Assembly (NCBI GenBank): GCA_964430355.1
Contig: CAYSFW010000047.1
Span: 5,090 to 69,089, forward strand
Reading direction: 5' to 3'
Length of the DNA: 64,000 nt
Origin: an uncultured Thiotrichales bacterium
GTDB taxonomy: Bacteria > Pseudomonadota > Gammaproteobacteria > UWMA-0217
Part shown: in pieces, positions 61,113-64,000 of the stretch
Layout of the letters: the number at the start of each line of letters is the position of its first letter
How positions within the stretch are numbered: the first letter of the stretch is position 1
Notes under the pieces: generated by a model
The model's input: only the letters and a program-made list of their open reading frames with translations
Database searches by the model: none
Told to the model about the DNA's origin: nothing
Program-made: the position numbers and the translations under genes

Positions 61113-64000
61113 GAGCGCCCGACCCGACTCCAGCGCGGCAAGCCGCGAGGTGAAAACCACCACCTGCTACATGTGTGCCTGTCGCTGCGGCATCCGCGTG
61201 ACCCTGGAAAACAACGAGGTGCGCTACATCCAGGGCAACCCGGATCACCCGCTGAACCAGGGCGTCCTGTGCGCCAAGGGCGCCTCGGGGATCATGAAGC
61301 AATATTCCCCGGCGCGGCTCACCCGGCCGCTGCGCCGCAAGCCCGGCAGCGAGCGTGGAGCGGGGGAGTTCGAGGCCATCACTTGGGATGAGGCCTTCGC
61401 GATGCTGGCCGAACGCCTCGGCAAGATCCGCACGACTGACCCCAAGCGCTTCGCGCTGTTCACGGGCCGTGACCAGATGCAGGCACTCACCGGTCTGTTC
61501 GCCAAGCAGTTCGGCACGCCGAATTATGCGGCGCATGGCGGCTTCTGCTCCGTGAACATGGCCGCCGGACTCATCTACACGATTGGCGGGTCCTTCTGGG
61601 AGTTCGGCGGGCCGGATCTCGATCGGGCCAAGCTGTTCATCATGTTTGGCACGGCGGAGGATCACCACTCCAACCCGCTGAAAATCGCCATCTCCAAGTT
61701 CAAGCGCAAGGGCGGGCGTTTCGTTTCGATCAATCCGGTGCGCACGGGGTACTCAGCGATCGCCGACGAATGGGTGCCGATCAAGCCAGGTACGGACGGC
61801 GCGCTGCTGCTCGCGCTGATTCACGAAATCATCCGGCTGGGTCTGTACGATCGCGACTTCCTGGTGCAGTACACCAATGCCCCGGAGTTGGTGAACATGG
61901 ACCCGCGCTCGAGTGAGTACGGCATGTTCCTGCGCTTCGAGGTGCCGCCCGAGGAGGGCTGCTTCGATCCGCAGAACAAGCTGTGGTGGGACCGCGAGCT
62001 CAACAAGCCGATCTCTACCCACACCGAGGGGGCCGACCCGTACCTGCTCGGCGAGTTTCGCTGGGAGGACGGCACGCCGGTGAAACCCGCCTTCCAGCTC
62101 TTGAAGGAGCGAGTCGAGCAGTACACGCCGGAGTGGGCGGCCGGAATCACGGGCATCCCCGCTGCCACGATCCGGCGCCTCGCCCACGAGATGGGGGTCA
62201 CCGCCCGCGACCAGCAGATCGAACTGCCGATCCCCTGGATCGACGCCTGGGGCAAGGAGCACGACACGGTGCTCGGCAATCCGGTGGCGTTCCATGCCAT
62301 GCGGGGGCTAGCGGCGCACTCCAACGGTTTCCACACCATCCGCGCGCTCGGCATCCTGATGACCTTGCTCGGCACCATCGACCGCCCGGGTGGGTTTCGC
62401 CACAAGGCGCCGTTCCCGCGCCCCATCCCGCCGTGCCCGAAGCCACCGAAGAGCGAGGCCGACGTCGCCCCGGATACGGTGCTCAACGGCATGCCGCTCG
62501 GCTGGCCCGCCGACCCGGATGATCTGTTCGTCGACGAGCGGGGCGAGCCTCTGCGCATCGACAAGGCATTTTCCTGGGAGTACCCGCTGTCCGTGCATGG
62601 CCTCATGCACAACGCCATCACCAACGCCTGGCGCGGCGACCCCTACAAGATCGACACGCTGCTGCTGTTCATGGCGAACATGGCCTGGAACTCGTCGATG
62701 AACACCGCGCGTGTGCGCGAAATGCTCACCGACAAGGACGAGCGCGGCGAGTACAAGATCCCGTTCCTCGTCGTCAGCGATGCCTTCCAGTCGGAGACGG
62801 TTGCGTTTGCCGACTTGGTCTTGCCCGACACGACCTACCTCGAGCGCTACGACGCCATGTCGCTGCTCGACCGGCCGATTTCCGAGTTCGATGGCCCGGT
62901 TGACTCCGTGCGCATCCCGGTTCTGCCGCCCACCGGCGAGTGCAAGCCGTTTCAGGAGGTGCTGATCGAGCTGGGCTCGCGGCTCAAGCTGCCAGCATTC
63001 ACGCACGCCGACGGCACGCGCAAGTTTCGCGACTATCGCGACTTCATCGTCAACTACGAGACCGCCCCGGGCTCCGGCATTGGCTTTCTCGCCGGGTGGC
63101 GCGGCAAGGGGGGCGAGAAGTTCCTGCGCGGCGAGCCGAACCCGCGCCAGTGGGAGATGTACGCGAAAAACAACTGTGTCTTCCACTACGAGTTGCCGAA
63201 GTCATTCCAGTACATGCGCAACTGGAACCAAGGCTACCTGCAGTGGGCGCAGGATCACGGCATGACCCGCTACGCCGAGCCGATCAACATCCACATCTAT
63301 TCCGAGGTGCTGCAGAAGTTCCGCCTCGCCGCGGAGGGTAGGTCCTTCGGGCGCCAGCCGCCGGAGCGCCTTCGCCACCGCATCCGCACGTATTTCGATC
63401 CCCTGCCGTTCTACCACGAGCCGCTCGAGGCGCAGCGCGTGGACACGCAGAGATACCCGCTCAATGCGCTGACCCAGCGGCCCATGGCGATGTACCACTC
63501 GTGGGACTCGCAAAACGCCTGGTTGCGCCAGATCCACACCCATAACTACCTGTTCGTGAACCCCCTGCTCGGCAAGGCCAACGGCTTCGGTGACGGCGAT
63601 TGGGTCTGGGTGGAGTCGCCCTGGGGCAAGGTGCGTTGCATGTGCCGCTTCAGTGAGGCGGTGGAGCCCGGCACGGTTTGGACGTGGAACGCCATCGGCA
63701 AGGCGGCCGGTGCCTGGGGCCTGGATCCCTCTGCCAATGAGTCGCAAAAAGGCTTCCTGCTCAACCACGTCATCAGCGAGGAGCTGCCGCCCGGCGAGGA
63801 GGGAACGGTCATCTCGAACTCCGACCCCGTTACCGGTCAGGCCGGGTGGTACGACGTGCGGGTGCGCGTCTACAAGGCCGCTGACGACGAGCCACGGCAG
63901 AGCTGGCCGCAGTTTAAACCGCTCGAGCCATTCCCCGGCATGGTGTCGCGCAAGCCCCGCTGGCTTGCCTACGTCGCCGGAAAATTCACCCGGAGGTCGT
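61113..64000 (+). CDS. molybdopterin-dependent oxidoreductase catalytic subunit (MopB superfamily), cytoplasmic; 3' end beyond the window
   Basis: Hand-translated from 61113. No stop occurs before the window end, so the ORF is absent from the ORF track. N-terminus MSARPDSS...TTTCYMCACRCG...LCAKGASG gives the 4Fe-4S CxxCxxxC...C motif, followed by a long MGD-binding fold. There is no signal peptide. Confidence 0.8.

Overview
GC-rich chromosomal segment, apparently from a gammaproteobacterium. Third codon positions are overwhelmingly G/C, and every long antisense frame stays open, so the ORF track is full of shadow ORFs. Gene order from about 48.8 to 61 kb, together with the flanking pil genes, matches the Pseudomonas aeruginosa PA0392-PA0413 neighbourhood (yggT-proC-yggS / pilT-pilU / pyrC'-pyrB-pyrR-ruvX-algH-tonB3-gshB / pilGHIJ-chpA). 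The GC content looks too high for Pseudomonas itself. Core content in window order: an FtsX-type ABC permease tail, proS, an RND efflux pair (adaptor plus AcrB-like pump), orn, fabA-fabB, the rpsB-tsf-pyrH-frr-uppS-cdsA-dxr-rseP-bamA-skp-lpxD-fabZ-lpxA block, a type IV pilus Pil-Chp chemosensory cluster (pilG, pilH, pilI, pilJ, chpA, chpC), gshB, tonB, algH, ruvX, pyrR, pyrB, a non-catalytic pyrC', three tandem PilT/PilU ATPases, yggS-proC-yggT-yggU, and the 5' part of a cytoplasmic molybdopterin oxidoreductase. Accessory or unusual content: (i) a RES-Xre toxin-antitoxin pair, a bacterial cereblon-like CULT-domain protein and a lipoprotein alpha/beta hydrolase at 1.1-4.3 kb. (ii) An eight-gene, translationally coupled operon at 31,968-37,698 sitting where lpxB-rnhB normally follow lpxA. 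It encodes a small membrane-anchored protein, a MacB/FtsX-type ABC permease, an ABC ATPase, a Cys/His-motif polytopic membrane protein, a TlpA-type thioredoxin lipoprotein, a DsbD_2-type transmembrane protein and two NosL copper-chaperone paralogs. I regard it as the best candidate for an undescribed periplasmic copper/thiol-redox trafficking system. (iii) A perfect 20-bp palindrome upstream of the RND operon with no regulator gene nearby. (iv) REP-like hairpin repeats at about 38.45-38.55 kb. No tRNA, rRNA, CRISPR, integrase or transposase was recognised.
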